From positions 340-64,339 of the forward strand of contig JANRKS010000034.1 in assembly GCA_033763315.1 (NCBI GenBank): a stretch of 64,000 bases of DNA, written 5' to 3'. A program made the position numbers and the translations under genes. The notes under the pieces were generated by a model. The model was not told the origin of the DNA. It was given only the letters and a program-made list of their open reading frames with translations, and did no database searches. Positions 17,339-27,500 of this stretch are shown here, one piece after another. This stretch comes from Deltaproteobacteria bacterium (GTDB lineage Bacteria; Myxococcota_A; Polyangia; Fen-1088). Positions within the stretch are counted from its first letter, which is position 1; every line of letters begins with the position of its first letter.

Positions 17339-18262
17339 TCAAAGGCATTTTGAGAACGTCATGTTGGATCTAATCCGCAGCGTGGCACCGAAGAGCTTTC
17401 GGTCCGCGTAGAAGATGTCAATGGGATACACCTTTCCCGACTCAAGACCGAGGGTCACTGCAGCCTTATCAAGCTGCACCAACACCGGGGTTGCCGCGTG
17501 GACCCCGCCATTGTCTATCGCAAGCCGTCCGTTTATGAACACCCAGGCGTCATCATCAGCCTCCACGATCATGAGTTCGTTCGCTCCAGCGTGGTAGGTG
17601 ATTTCGGCGTGCGCTTCCAGGGTGAAAAGCTGATTGTGAGCCTCGTCCTTCAGCTTATCAGGCTCGTTGCTCGTGGCGGGATTGACCAGATCGACGTTCC
17701 CCAACAAAGCTCCATCGATCGGAAAAAACGGCCCACTGCCCAGGGTGTAAGTCTTTGCTGGACCTGAAGGCGCCAAACCTTCGAATGTGTATTTCTTCGA
17801 CATGTTGACCCCAGGGACGTCATTAAACCACTGAGCAAAGCTTGTCGGGCCCGCAACCTGCCGGAACCCCAACTTATCGACGAGGGGGCCACTGGCACTC
17901 AATTCCGGTTTCTTGTCGGCACCCAAGGTTGCCTTAACCACCCCCATGAGATCTACCTCCCAGCAGGGCATGTCGGGAACACAAGGCTTCTCCTGCACTG
18001 TCTCAAAGTCAGCATGTTTGTTGGTGAAGTCACGAATCGTAGCTTCGATAAGGGGTATGCACGCGGCAGTGCTTCCTGCCGAGCCAGCGCTTCCGCCTGC
18101 CGAGCCAGCGCGGCCGCCCGAGACAACGGCCGTTCCAGCGGAGCCTCCGTTTGCACCGCCACCACGGCCTCCGCTACTCTCGTCGGTCGACGAGCTGTCT
18201 GTACAAGCCCACAAGCTCAGGCTTACAAATAACACCAGGCTTACGTTGTTCGCTATCGGCAT
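17339..18262 (-). CDS. Fibro-slime domain lipoprotein (PA14-like; TIGR02148-type).
   Basis: Lipobox LSLWACTDSS, a Gly/Ser/Ala linker, then FTNKHADFE...FFPIDG...ITYHAGANELMIVEADDDAWVFINGRLAIDNGGVHA. This matches the fibro-slime signature (GDDDVWVFING-LA-DLGG-H). Confidence 0.6.
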   Translation of the reverse strand: MPIANNVSLVLFVSLSLWACTDSSSTDESSGGRGGGANGGSAGTAVVSGGRAGSAGGSAGSAGSTAACIPLIEATIRDFTNKHADFETVQEKPCVPDMPCWEVDLMGVVKATLGADKKPELSASGPLVDKLGFRQVAGPTSFAQWFNDVPGVNMSKKYTFEGLAPSGPAKTYTLGSGPFFPIDGALLGNVDLVNPATSNEPDKLKDEAHNQLFTLEAHAEITYHAGANELMIVEADDDAWVFINGRLAIDNGGVHAATPVLVQLDKAAVTLGLESGKVYPIDIFYADRKLFGATLRIRSNMTFSKCL

Positions 18263-18434
18263 CGACCATGCTCCTCATTGAGGTAAAGTTCTTCAGTACT
18301 AGAAGAGCTGTTACCGCCGAAACGCCACGGCTGGCTACAGGCGTGCGACGATCTTCATCTCGTGAGCGTCCATTCACCTACTTTCGTCAAAGACTGGCAG
18401 AGGTGTCGTGGGGACACTTGGTTTGGAAGTTAAG

Positions 18435-19085
18435 ATGACGAACGCCTCCTCCCCCATCCGTGTCTTGCTCGTTGACGACCACTTTGTCGCCGTGATGGGG
18501 ATCCGTATGCTCCTGGCAGAGCAGGGGGGCTTCGAGGTGGTGGGGGATGCGGCCAGTGGCTTGGCGGGAGTAAAGCTGTACGCGGAACTCAGACCCGATC
18601 TTGTCCTTGTCGACATGAAGATGGACAACTTCGATGGCGCCAGCACGGCGTCCGCAATTCGGCGAACTGATCCCAACGCGCGGATTCTAATGTTCTCGAG
18701 CTACGACGCGGAAATGGACGTGGCCCGCGCACGAGCCGCCGGGGTCTTGGGCTACGTGTTTAAGGAAGCCGGACCCGTTGCGCTGCTCAAGGCAATGGAA
18801 GCCGTTGCTCGAGGTGAGGAAAGTTTTCCTCATGGCAACGAGCTGGGTGCGCGCGCCACCGTAGAGGGTGCTGCTCCAATCAACGCGCGCGATCTCCAGC
18901 TGTTGCGGCTGTTGTGCCTCGGATGCAGCAACAAGGAGATCGCTGAGCACACTGGCCTGCAACTAACAACTATCAAGGACTACCTCAACGAGCTGATGAC
19001 AAAAATGGGCGTCAGCAACCGCAACGAAGCTTCTTTTGAGGCGGTTCGACGCGGCCTCGTTCGGTTGCCGCACAAGAAGCCCTGA
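18435..19085 (+). CDS. NarL/FixJ-family response regulator, third paralog, with no adjacent kinase.
   Basis: MTNASSPIRVLLVDDHFVAVMGIRMLL...PDLVLVDMKMD...ILMFSS, then LQLLRLLCLGCSNKEIAEHTGLQLTTIKDYLNELMTKMG. The ATG at 18435 has ggaag 6 nt upstream; the ORF is open from 18408. Confidence 0.85.
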   Translation: MTNASSPIRVLLVDDHFVAVMGIRMLLAEQGGFEVVGDAASGLAGVKLYAELRPDLVLVDMKMDNFDGASTASAIRRTDPNARILMFSSYDAEMDVARARAAGVLGYVFKEAGPVALLKAMEAVARGEESFPHGNELGARATVEGAAPINARDLQLLRLLCLGCSNKEIAEHTGLQLTTIKDYLNELMTKMGVSNRNEASFEAVRRGLVRLPHKKP

Positions 19086-19105
19086 CAAGCGAGCAGCCCC
19101 GGCTA

Positions 19106-20092
19106 CTACGGCTTGGTTGGACAACCGACGGGCTTGCGGTCGATGGCGATATCATCGATCCAAAGGGTCACTGGTTTTTCCATTTTATGCCAGTGTCGGA
19201 AGCCGAACTTCGTCACCGTTACGGCTGGCAGATACCAGGTGTCCTGGAACAAATTTCCGTTTGTAGTGCACTGAGCGCTGACGAAGTCGAGCATGAGCTG
19301 GAACACGCCCAGGTTGCGGCCGTTGATCCTTACGGCGTAATTGAACGGCTCAGTCTCCGACAGATCCATCTCGACACACACCCATTCTCCCAGAGGAAGA
19401 TCCAACGCCTTTTGCACGGAGCAATCTTGGGAAGTTCCGCCACCGGCCAGAGGTGTTCCGAAATGGTGCAGTTTGTACTTGCCTTCACCCAATCCGCCGA
19501 CAGATACAAAGCCGACCGCGTCCTTTCCGCCTCCCGAGATCTTGCCATGATGTGCAACAAGGTCCCAATGGCCGTTGTTCCCAGGCAGGCCTTCCATCCA
19601 AAGCATGAAGCGGGTGAAGACAGTCTTTGATGAGGCAAGGCCCAGGCTCCTATCCGTTCGGAGCGAGACTAAGCCCGATTGGTTCTCGTTGCCGTTGGGC
19701 TCGAGGTGAAACCGAAGGGACTGAACTCCCGAAAACGCGTGCGTTCGATCTAGCTTCGCGGCACGGTCGTCGTCGGTGAGCGGACTGAGGGGTGGACTGC
19801 CAGGTTCCCCTTGCTCGAAGTCGTTCTGGTACTTGTGTCCCCCTAAGTTGCCTGCCTGCCCACCTGTTGCGCCTGGCATACCGCCCGTACTACCACCGGC
19901 CCCCGCTATGCCACCACCGGCCCCTGCCACGCCACCCACGCCACCCTCCCCACGACCCATCTCACCGTCGCTACCAGAAGAGCCACCGATGTCGCCATCA
20001 TCGCCCGTTCCAGACGACCTTGCGTCTGACGTACAGGCCGCAAGTAGGGAGCATGCGAACACGATCTTGAGAAATCTCAGCTGACAGACCAT
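19106..20092 (-). CDS. Secreted lipoprotein with Gly-rich linker and a C-terminal beta-sandwich (CBM-like) domain of unknown function.
   Basis: Lipobox FACSLLAACTSD, a long Gly-rich low-complexity linker, then a C-terminal domain ending ...KPVTLWIDDIAIDRKP. No catalytic motif is recognised. Confidence 0.5.
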   Translation of the reverse strand: MVCQLRFLKIVFACSLLAACTSDARSSGTGDDGDIGGSSGSDGEMGRGEGGVGGVAGAGGGIAGAGGSTGGMPGATGGQAGNLGGHKYQNDFEQGEPGSPPLSPLTDDDRAAKLDRTHAFSGVQSLRFHLEPNGNENQSGLVSLRTDRSLGLASSKTVFTRFMLWMEGLPGNNGHWDLVAHHGKISGGGKDAVGFVSVGGLGEGKYKLHHFGTPLAGGGTSQDCSVQKALDLPLGEWVCVEMDLSETEPFNYAVRINGRNLGVFQLMLDFVSAQCTTNGNLFQDTWYLPAVTVTKFGFRHWHKMEKPVTLWIDDIAIDRKPVGCPTKP

Positions 20093-20340
20093 GCATGAAG
20101 ACTACCTGCAAGAGTCGGCATCCGCGGCATGGCGATACTGCCTGGCAAACGGAAGACCTCCTTTTGGCAATACCACTCGTCAATGAGCAGCTTTAGCTTT
20201 CAAACAAGTTGATAGGCGGCCCCAGTTTGGCGGCCAAGCTGTCCGCGAGTGGACCGCGGCTCACGCGTAACAAGTCTGTTCGTCGAGTCGGTCAATTAGC
20301 TAGAGCAGGGAGTGCCGGGCCAGTTCCCGGTAGAAACAGT

Positions 20341-21330
20341 ATGCAACGTATCGGGTCGGTTATAGCCACATTCATCTTGCTCTACATCAGCGCTGTCACG
20401 GCGAGCTGTGGCGGTCCTTCGAGTCAGACGAATGACTCAGGCGGCGAAGGGGGCGCAGGGGGCAGTATCGCAGAAGGCGGCTCAAGCGGTAAAGCCGGCT
20501 CAGGCGGGGGCGCCGCGCGAGGCGGCTCAGGCGGCAGCACCGCGACAGGCGGCTCAGGCGGCAGCACCGCGACAGGCGGGAAAGGCGGCTCAAACGGCAA
20601 CGCAGTGGGAGGGAGTGGAGGAATCGGCGGCAGCGGGTTGAACGCTACTGCGACTCGTCCGGAGCCGATCCTGTATTTGAAGATGGACGACGGGTCGGGA
20701 TTCGGCGCGGTGGACTCCTCGGGGCTCGACCACAAAGTGTCCGTCAAGCCACCCGAGATTGGAAGTGCTTGGGTCACTGGAAAAATGGGAGGAGGCATCG
20801 CCTTTGACGGAACGAACTGGCTCACGGTGCGCACCAGCCCTTACCTTGATGGCGTCGATTCTGAAACCGGCACAGGCCAAGTCACCTTAGCCGCCTGGGT
20901 TTATCCGACGGCCTTCGATACGAAGAACTTGAAGCCTATGTTTATTGTCGGCCGACAGATAGGCACCACCACCGGCAATCAGTTCGGTTTGGCACTCGTG
21001 CCGGTTTCAGGCAAGGCAGGGCACCTGGGTGCATTCTTTGGCCCGTTTGGAGGCTTGTCCGCACCGGATGGTGCGCTTCCTCTCAACACGTGGACGCATG
21101 TCGCCGTGACCTACGATGGCATCACAGCCGTCCTCTACACGAACGGGCAAAAGACCTTCTCTAGTGCAGTCGTTGCGGAAATGCCTCCGGAGCGCGGCCC
21201 GGTCATTGTAGGCGGTGACATTAACAGCGCTTCAGGTGTCTCCGAGCTCTTCGTAGGCAGCCTGGATGAGGTCCGCATCTACAACAGGGTCTTGTCGGAT
21301 GCGGAGATTGCAGGCGTCGCGAAACCATGA
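20341..21330 (+). CDS. Small lipoprotein with a Gly/Ser repeat linker and a single LamG/ConA-like (LamG_3) domain.
   Basis: Signal/lipobox MQRIGSVIATFILLYISAVTASCGG (the ORF is open from 20209, but the signal peptide starts at 20341). Linker with a perfect GGSGGSTAT duplication. C-terminal domain ends LFVGSLDEVRIYNRVLSDAEIAGV, nearly identical to the LamG domain ends inside the PilY1-like giant. Confidence 0.75.
   Translation: MQRIGSVIATFILLYISAVTASCGGPSSQTNDSGGEGGAGGSIAEGGSSGKAGSGGGAARGGSGGSTATGGSGGSTATGGKGGSNGNAVGGSGGIGGSGLNATATRPEPILYLKMDDGSGFGAVDSSGLDHKVSVKPPEIGSAWVTGKMGGGIAFDGTNWLTVRTSPYLDGVDSETGTGQVTLAAWVYPTAFDTKNLKPMFIVGRQIGTTTGNQFGLALVPVSGKAGHLGAFFGPFGGLSAPDGALPLNTWTHVAVTYDGITAVLYTNGQKTFSSAVVAEMPPERGPVIVGGDINSASGVSELFVGSLDEVRIYNRVLSDAEIAGVAKP
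20521..20574 (+). repeat. Perfect 27-bp x2 in-frame tandem repeat (ggcggctcaggcggcagcaccgcgaca), with degenerate copies on both sides (about 20476..20600).
   Basis: Seen directly in the sequence; it encodes GGSGGSTAT twice within the lipoprotein linker. Confidence 0.6.
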
Positions 21331-21399
21331 GCTCGAGAGCGCGCAGGGAAGGCACTGAACTGCGCCCGTTCTGGCTCTCCGCATAGGAAGTTCTCAACC

Positions 21400-23061
21400 A
21401 TGCTAACAAGATCAAACGGCAACCCAATCATAGGTTACGCCCTGGCGAGCATCCTTTGGGCTGGTGGGTGTTCGGGGCAGGTCGAAGGCATCAACGGGCA
21501 AGGTGGCTCAGGCGAACCCGCTGCCGTGAGCTTGGCTTTGCGTACAACAACCTCGCGCCTGACCGACGCCCAGTACCGAAACACGCTTGTGGCGGTCACA
21601 GGCCTCCCGATGTCGGCATTTTCGCCGCTGCCTAAGGCTGCCGTCTTAGGAAAAAACTATTTTGACAACAACATTGAGGCGCTGGAAATTTCCAACAGCT
21701 TCGTCGCGCAGTTGAACAGCAACGCCGTTGCGGCGGCCAACGCCTTGTCGCCTCGGGACCTTGCGCCTTGCGCCCAGGATGCGGACTCAAAAGCTTGCGG
21801 TCTCGACTTCATCCGATCCTTTGGGCAGCGTGCGTTTCGGCGCCCGTTGGACACAGCCGAATCGGAACGCTTTTCAAAGTTTTTTGACGGGGCGGTTGAG
21901 CAGTTTGGCTACGATGAAGCGGTTCGCTTAACTGTCACGGCATTCTTGCAAGCGCCAGAGTTCGCGTACCTCATCGAAGAAACCGGCGAGCCCAACGACC
22001 GTGGCGAGGCAACGTTGACGCCGTATTCCCTTGCGTCGAGGCTATCTTACACTCTGACCCAGGGACCTCCCGACGACGAGCTCATAGCGAACGTCGAGGG
22101 CCTTGGTGATGCGGTGACCCTGCGCAAACAGATCGACCGCTTGTTGTCAGAAGGCAAGGCGGGGGGCGCTGTGAGAGACTTCTTTCGGGGCTGGTTGCAT
22201 ATACAAGCGGCTTCCTACGAGCGTAAGAAGGCGGCTTTCGACGGCTTAACGGTTGAACAAAACAGTAGTGTGCCGGAATCGTTGTCGCGCTTCGCGAACC
22301 AGGTCTTTTGGGAACAGGGTGGTCGACTTGATCGACTCTTCTCAAGCAATAAAGCCTTCGTAAATCCCGCGCTCGCCAGCCTGTGGGACGTGCCGATGTC
22401 CGGTGACCAGTGGCAGGAGGTGGATCTACAGACCGACCGTTTTTCTGGCGGCCTTTTGACTCAGCCGGCGTGGTTGGCGATGGTGCAATCACCGAAGTCG
22501 CTCTATCGCGGTCTCTTTGTGTTGGAGCGTCTTCTCTGTGTTCACGTCCCACCTCCTCCTCCCAACATTGTGCTGAATCTCGGAACGCCCGACCAAGAAT
22601 TGGACGGCAAGCCACTAACAGATCGCCAACGCTTGGAGCTCGTTCACGAAAAGCAAGGCACGAACTGCGGCGCTTGCCACGCCACCATCGATCCGCCTGG
22701 TTTCGCTTTTGAACACTTTGACGAGGTTGGCCGGTGGCGCGATCAGGACAACGGCCAGACCATCGATTCAAGCGGCGAACTGAACTGGGACACCGACGTG
22801 GATGGTCCCTTCGACGATGGGCTTCAACTCGCAAAGAAGCTACAGAACAGCCGAACGTTGCAGGCTTGCGTGGCACGGCAGTGGTTCAGGTTCCTGCACG
22901 GCCGCGCTGAAGAGGCAGAGGGTGAAGCGGACGCTAAGGCCATTGAAGGGTTTGCGAAGATCCTGGAAGACACAGGCGGGAACATGCGCAATCTCGTCAA
23001 GGAGATCCTGGCTTCACCCTCGTTTAGAACGCGCCCATGGACATTGGAGAGGCCGCAATGA
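21400..23061 (+). CDS. DUF1587/DUF1592/DUF1595/DUF1588/DUF1585-family lipoprotein (553 aa).
   Basis: Lipobox ILWAGGCSG. LTDAQYRNTLV (DUF1587-like), FGQRAFRRPL (DUF1592-like), GLLTQPAWLA (DUF1588-like), and C-terminal CGACHATIDPPGFAFEHFDEVGRWR (DUF1585-like CxxCH...DP.GF..E.FD..G.WR). The stop overlaps the next gene. Confidence 0.8.
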   Translation: MLTRSNGNPIIGYALASILWAGGCSGQVEGINGQGGSGEPAAVSLALRTTTSRLTDAQYRNTLVAVTGLPMSAFSPLPKAAVLGKNYFDNNIEALEISNSFVAQLNSNAVAAANALSPRDLAPCAQDADSKACGLDFIRSFGQRAFRRPLDTAESERFSKFFDGAVEQFGYDEAVRLTVTAFLQAPEFAYLIEETGEPNDRGEATLTPYSLASRLSYTLTQGPPDDELIANVEGLGDAVTLRKQIDRLLSEGKAGGAVRDFFRGWLHIQAASYERKKAAFDGLTVEQNSSVPESLSRFANQVFWEQGGRLDRLFSSNKAFVNPALASLWDVPMSGDQWQEVDLQTDRFSGGLLTQPAWLAMVQSPKSLYRGLFVLERLLCVHVPPPPPNIVLNLGTPDQELDGKPLTDRQRLELVHEKQGTNCGACHATIDPPGFAFEHFDEVGRWRDQDNGQTIDSSGELNWDTDVDGPFDDGLQLAKKLQNSRTLQACVARQWFRFLHGRAEEAEGEADAKAIEGFAKILEDTGGNMRNLVKEILASPSFRTRPWTLERPQ

Positions 23062-24440
23062 AAAATGTGCATCATTCCCCCGGACTGGCCAGCGCCACGC
23101 GGCGGCAGATCTTGCGCACCGTTGGTCTGTCGGGCCTTGGACTTGGAGCCGGGACCTTGTCTTTCCGGCCCATCGCTCAAGCTGCTGAGATTCCCAAACG
23201 ATTGGTGGTGTTCTACACGATTGGCGGTGTGGATCCAGCGTGGGACCCCAAAGGTGACCGCACCAACTGGGAGCTGAGCGACCACCTTTCGCCACTGAAG
23301 CCCTTCAAGGAGAAGCTGAACTTGGTGTCAGGTCTCAAATCGGGATCCGCTGAGTTCGGTTTCAACGATGGAGGCGGACACGGAAGCAGATCTCAGCACG
23401 CTCTGGCCGCCTGGGCTCCCAAGTCAGTCAAAGAGAATCCCAGCGAAAACAGTTTGCCGGGAGGGGTCAGCTTTGACAATTTCATCGCGGAGAAGCTTAG
23501 GGCATCAGGCAACTCAGCCCCTATCGATCACTTGTACCTGCTGTCAAAGACAACGGGCTACGACTATCACGACTTCAATCTGTACCCTTCCCGGCGGAGC
23601 AATGGCGAGGTCCGGCATCCCGACGAGAACGCTGCCGCGATCGTGGACTTGTACTTTCCGAAGGGCAACAGCAAGCCGAAATCGACCGGGCCTGATTCCT
23701 CGGCCTACTTGGTGAATTTCCTCAAGCAGCAGTACGACCGGTACGCCAAGGCCGATAAGATGGACCTTGAGAGCAAACGTCGCTTTTCGAGCCATCTGGA
23801 TCGCTTGACTGACCTAGAAAAGCTCTCCGCGAGGGCCGCCTCTGACGCGTGTACGCGCCCGGAGGTTCCGACTGCGACAGACCTCGTTACTAGAAATCGA
23901 TTCTTTGCCGAACTCGTGGCGACCGCATTGGCTTGTGACACCGCGCGAGTGATCTTGCTGGACATGGGATGGGCGGTGAGCCCTTCGTTGGTGGGAGGCG
24001 TAAAGGAATTCAATTTGCCTCCCGCCAACCAGACCATCCACGAGCTGGGCCACGAGGTTCATGGCACCGGACCTCTTTCCACCAACCAAGCGGCCAGAGA
24101 CAAGCTTCTACACAGCTTTCGCATTCAAAACGTAGACCCCTTGTCTCAGCTCCTGGCCAAGATGGATTCCGTCCAGGAAGCCGATGGGAAGACCTTGTTA
24201 GACCACAGCGCGGTTTTGTGGTGCCAACAGTCTTCTGATGGCAACCACGGCCTAACGGACTTTCGCTACTTATTGGCTGGCGGCGCCGGCGGCAAGCTCA
24301 AGACGAACCAGTACCTGCACCTGCCGGGGCGGTCGACGGCCGATGTGTGGGTGACGCTTGCCAAAGCGATGGGGATCTCCGACACAACAGGAATCGCGGA
24401 CAGGTTCGCGTACGATGGCCCTATCGACGAGTTGCTGTAG
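23058..24440 (+). CDS. DUF1552-family protein with twin-arginine (TAT) signal; partner of the preceding DUF1592-family gene.
   Basis: MKNVHHSPGLASATRRQILRTVGLSGLGLGAG is a TAT signal. The ATG at 23058 overlaps the upstream stop (aTGa); the ORF is open from 23037. Same length and architecture as 57369..58724. Confidence 0.8.
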   Translation: MKNVHHSPGLASATRRQILRTVGLSGLGLGAGTLSFRPIAQAAEIPKRLVVFYTIGGVDPAWDPKGDRTNWELSDHLSPLKPFKEKLNLVSGLKSGSAEFGFNDGGGHGSRSQHALAAWAPKSVKENPSENSLPGGVSFDNFIAEKLRASGNSAPIDHLYLLSKTTGYDYHDFNLYPSRRSNGEVRHPDENAAAIVDLYFPKGNSKPKSTGPDSSAYLVNFLKQQYDRYAKADKMDLESKRRFSSHLDRLTDLEKLSARAASDACTRPEVPTATDLVTRNRFFAELVATALACDTARVILLDMGWAVSPSLVGGVKEFNLPPANQTIHELGHEVHGTGPLSTNQAARDKLLHSFRIQNVDPLSQLLAKMDSVQEADGKTLLDHSAVLWCQQSSDGNHGLTDFRYLLAGGAGGKLKTNQYLHLPGRSTADVWVTLAKAMGISDTTGIADRFAYDGPIDELL

Positions 24441-24534
24441 GCGCCCCTCCGTTGATCGGTCTGGAACCAGCCGGCGCGATGAACTTCTAACGGAGGATCA
24501 TTTTTGTGGCCTCCGAGAATGGCTCGTTTTCTTC

Positions 24535-27500
24535 ATGAGAGTTTCCGGTCAGTTCATGCCTATATGCATGCTCCTGGCGACAGCGTTGTCGGCGCCTTTC
24601 ACCACAAGCGCTTGGGCACATCCCTCCGACTCCGAAATCCAGTTCAACAGGGACATCCGTCCGATCCTCTCGAGCCGCTGCTTTTACTGCCACGGACCCG
24701 ACAAGGCGAAACGAAAATCGGGTTTGCGCTTGGATTTGCGGGAGGCCGCAATTGAAGACAAGGCCATTGTGGCTGGCCGCCCAGACGAGAGCGGGCTTTA
24801 CGCGCGAATCATGGCAACGGAGCCCGACGAAGTGATGCCTCCACCTGAAAGCCACAAGACGCTCAGCAAAGGCGAGATCGACTTGCTGAGGCGCTGGATC
24901 CAGAGCGGGGCCGAATACCAGCCCCATTGGTCCTACGCGCCCGTAAAGAAAACGGCCGTTCCTCCCTCTGAGGGCACGCTGGGAGCCGGGATTGGTGCCG
25001 GGACGCGGGCCGAAACGGCTCAAGCGGCGCCTACAACGGCCATTGATAAGTTCGTGTCGCGTGAGCTGCGCGAACGGGGCATGGTGCCGTCACCTCGAGC
25101 CGGCAAGCGCACCCTGTTGCGACGGCTGTCTTTGGACTTGACGGGCCTACCGCCCACGCTCAACGAACTCGATGCGTTTGCTGCCGATGAGCGCCCAGAC
25201 GCCTACAAGCGGCAAGTGGAAAGGCTCCTGGCATCCCCGCATTACGGCGAGCGTATGGCTGTCCCCTGGCTGGATCTGGTGCGGTTTGCAGACACCGTTG
25301 GCTATCACGGCGACCAAAACCAAAACATCTTTCCGTACCGTGACTACGTAATCGAATCGTTCAATCGCAACAAGCCTTTTGACCGATTTACGATTGAGCA
25401 GATCGCTGGCGATCTTCTACCCGGTGCGACCGAAGAGCAGAAGATCGCTTCGGGCTTTAACCGCTTGAACATGGTAACCCGCGAGGGAGGCGCTCAGCCC
25501 AAGGAGTACTTGGCGAAGTACATGGCTGACCGGGTGCGGGCGGTTGGCACCGTGTGGCTGGGCTCGACAACTGGCTGTGCACAGTGCCACGACCACAAGT
25601 TTGATCCTTTCACCCAGCGGGACTTCTACGCCATGGGTGCGTTCTTTGCGGACCTGAAGGAGTGGGGTGTCTACACAGATTACGAATACACCCCGAATCC
25701 GGAACTCAAGGGCTTTACGAACGATTCCCCGTTCCCGCCCGAGATCAAGATACATAGCGCTGTGCTCCAGCGCTTGTCTACTTCATTGCGAGCGCAGGAG
25801 CAGGCCTGGCGAAGAGAGGCATACCAGCAGATCCTACAGCACCATCTCAAAGCGCGGAACGAATGGATGCGCGGTGTGAGAGGTTGGATGGCGACCTCAC
25901 GTGACGGCTGGCAACCGGTCCTGCCAAATGAAGTGCTCAGCGAGGATCCTACCGTAGAAAACTCAATCGACGGTGAGACGGTCATCTTCAAAAGCAAGAA
26001 AAACGCCGGCCCGTTTGAATTTCCGGTTTCCACACTGCATTTCACTGTGCCTCCTGGTTCCCCTTTGCGATCGCTGGCGAGTGTGCGCTTGCAGGTCGTG
26101 CCGCACGCCAGCCACCAAGGTGGCACGTGGCGCAACGAACGGGAAACTGTGTTGTTGTGGCTCGATGTGAGGATCAAGCGCAAAGGCGCCAAGATCAGCG
26201 GCGATCTGATCGGAATCGCCAACGCCGACGCAGATCACAGAGCGAAGCGGTACGTAAGCGGCACTCTGCAGAACGATGTGGTGAATGGATGGTCGCTATC
26301 CCCGGCCTTCCGGCGAGTTCTGCAGACGTCAGTGTGGGATCTAAAGGTTCCGCAGGACCTCGATCCAGGGGACGAGGTGGTGGTGAGAATTCGCTCCGAC
26401 GGTGTGGGGGCTGTGAGGCTTGCCGTTTCTCCCATTGCCACACTCAGCGGCGATGCACCAGCTGGATGGGCCGCGGGCGGAGCGCCATGGGTACGGAAGC
26501 TGAAAGCCGGTATGTCGAGCGACCGCGGTGCCTCGGCTCTGTTTTTGGCGAGCACAAACATCTTGCCACGGCTACGCCGCCTCATTTTGAACGAACGGCG
26601 ACAGTGGTTGTCGATCGCCAACGCAACGGCGTACTCACTGGTGAGCGTTGCCACGACGCCCCGAGAAACCCGAGTGCTGCCACGTGGCGATTGGCAGAAC
26701 GAAAACGGAGAGGTGGTGCAGCCTGGGACCCCGAACTTCTTGCCGCAGATTGCGGACGTCGGCAAGCGCCGCTTGACGCGCCTGGATCTCGCGCGATGGT
26801 TGGTGTCGCGTGACAATCCGCTAACGTCACGCGCGTTCATGAACCGATTGTGGAAGCAGTTCTTTGGAACCGGACTCTCGGCGGCGCTCGACGATCTGGG
26901 CGGACAGGGAGAGCCTCCCACGCACCCAGAATTGTTGGATTGGCTTGCTGCCGAGTTCACAGATTCGGGCTGGGACGTCAAGCACATGGTTCGGCTGTTG
27001 GTGATGTCCGCGACATACCAGCAGGACTCGCAAGCCCGCCCTGAACTCATGAAAAAGGATCCACAAAATCGCTATCTGGCTCGACAATCGCAGCGGCGTT
27101 TGGACGCAGAATTCCTGCGTGACAACGTCCTGAAGGTGGCGGGTCTTCTAAATGAGGACATCGGTGGACCCAGTGTTCATCCCTACCAACCGGCGGGTTA
27201 CTACGAGAACATCGAATTTCCCAAGCGGGAATACGTGAGCGAGCAGGACGACAGGGTATACAAGCGCGGCGTCTACATGCACTGGCAGCGGACCTTCCTC
27301 CATCCCATGGCGGCCAACTTCGACGCTCCCTCGCGCGAAGAATGCGTGGCCGACCGTCCGATCTCCAACACCCCCCAACAGGCGCTGACCTTGCTTAACG
27401 ACCCCACCTTCGTTGAAGCGGCTCGGGTGTTCAGCGAACGAAACCTCAAGCAAACTCCTGGTCTCAAAGATGAAAAGCGCTTAGGAAGAGCCTTCGCAAC

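Noticed and set aside
20396-20593. 65-aa minus-strand ORF (SRLSRCCRL)n.
   Set aside because: A reverse-strand artefact of the 27-bp linker repeat in the LamG lipoprotein gene.
20476-20600. Possible CRISPR array (short direct repeats).
   Set aside because: The repeats are contiguous with no unique spacers, are in-frame multiples of 3, and encode a Gly/Ser linker inside a CDS. The 31524..31631 repeat is the same kind.
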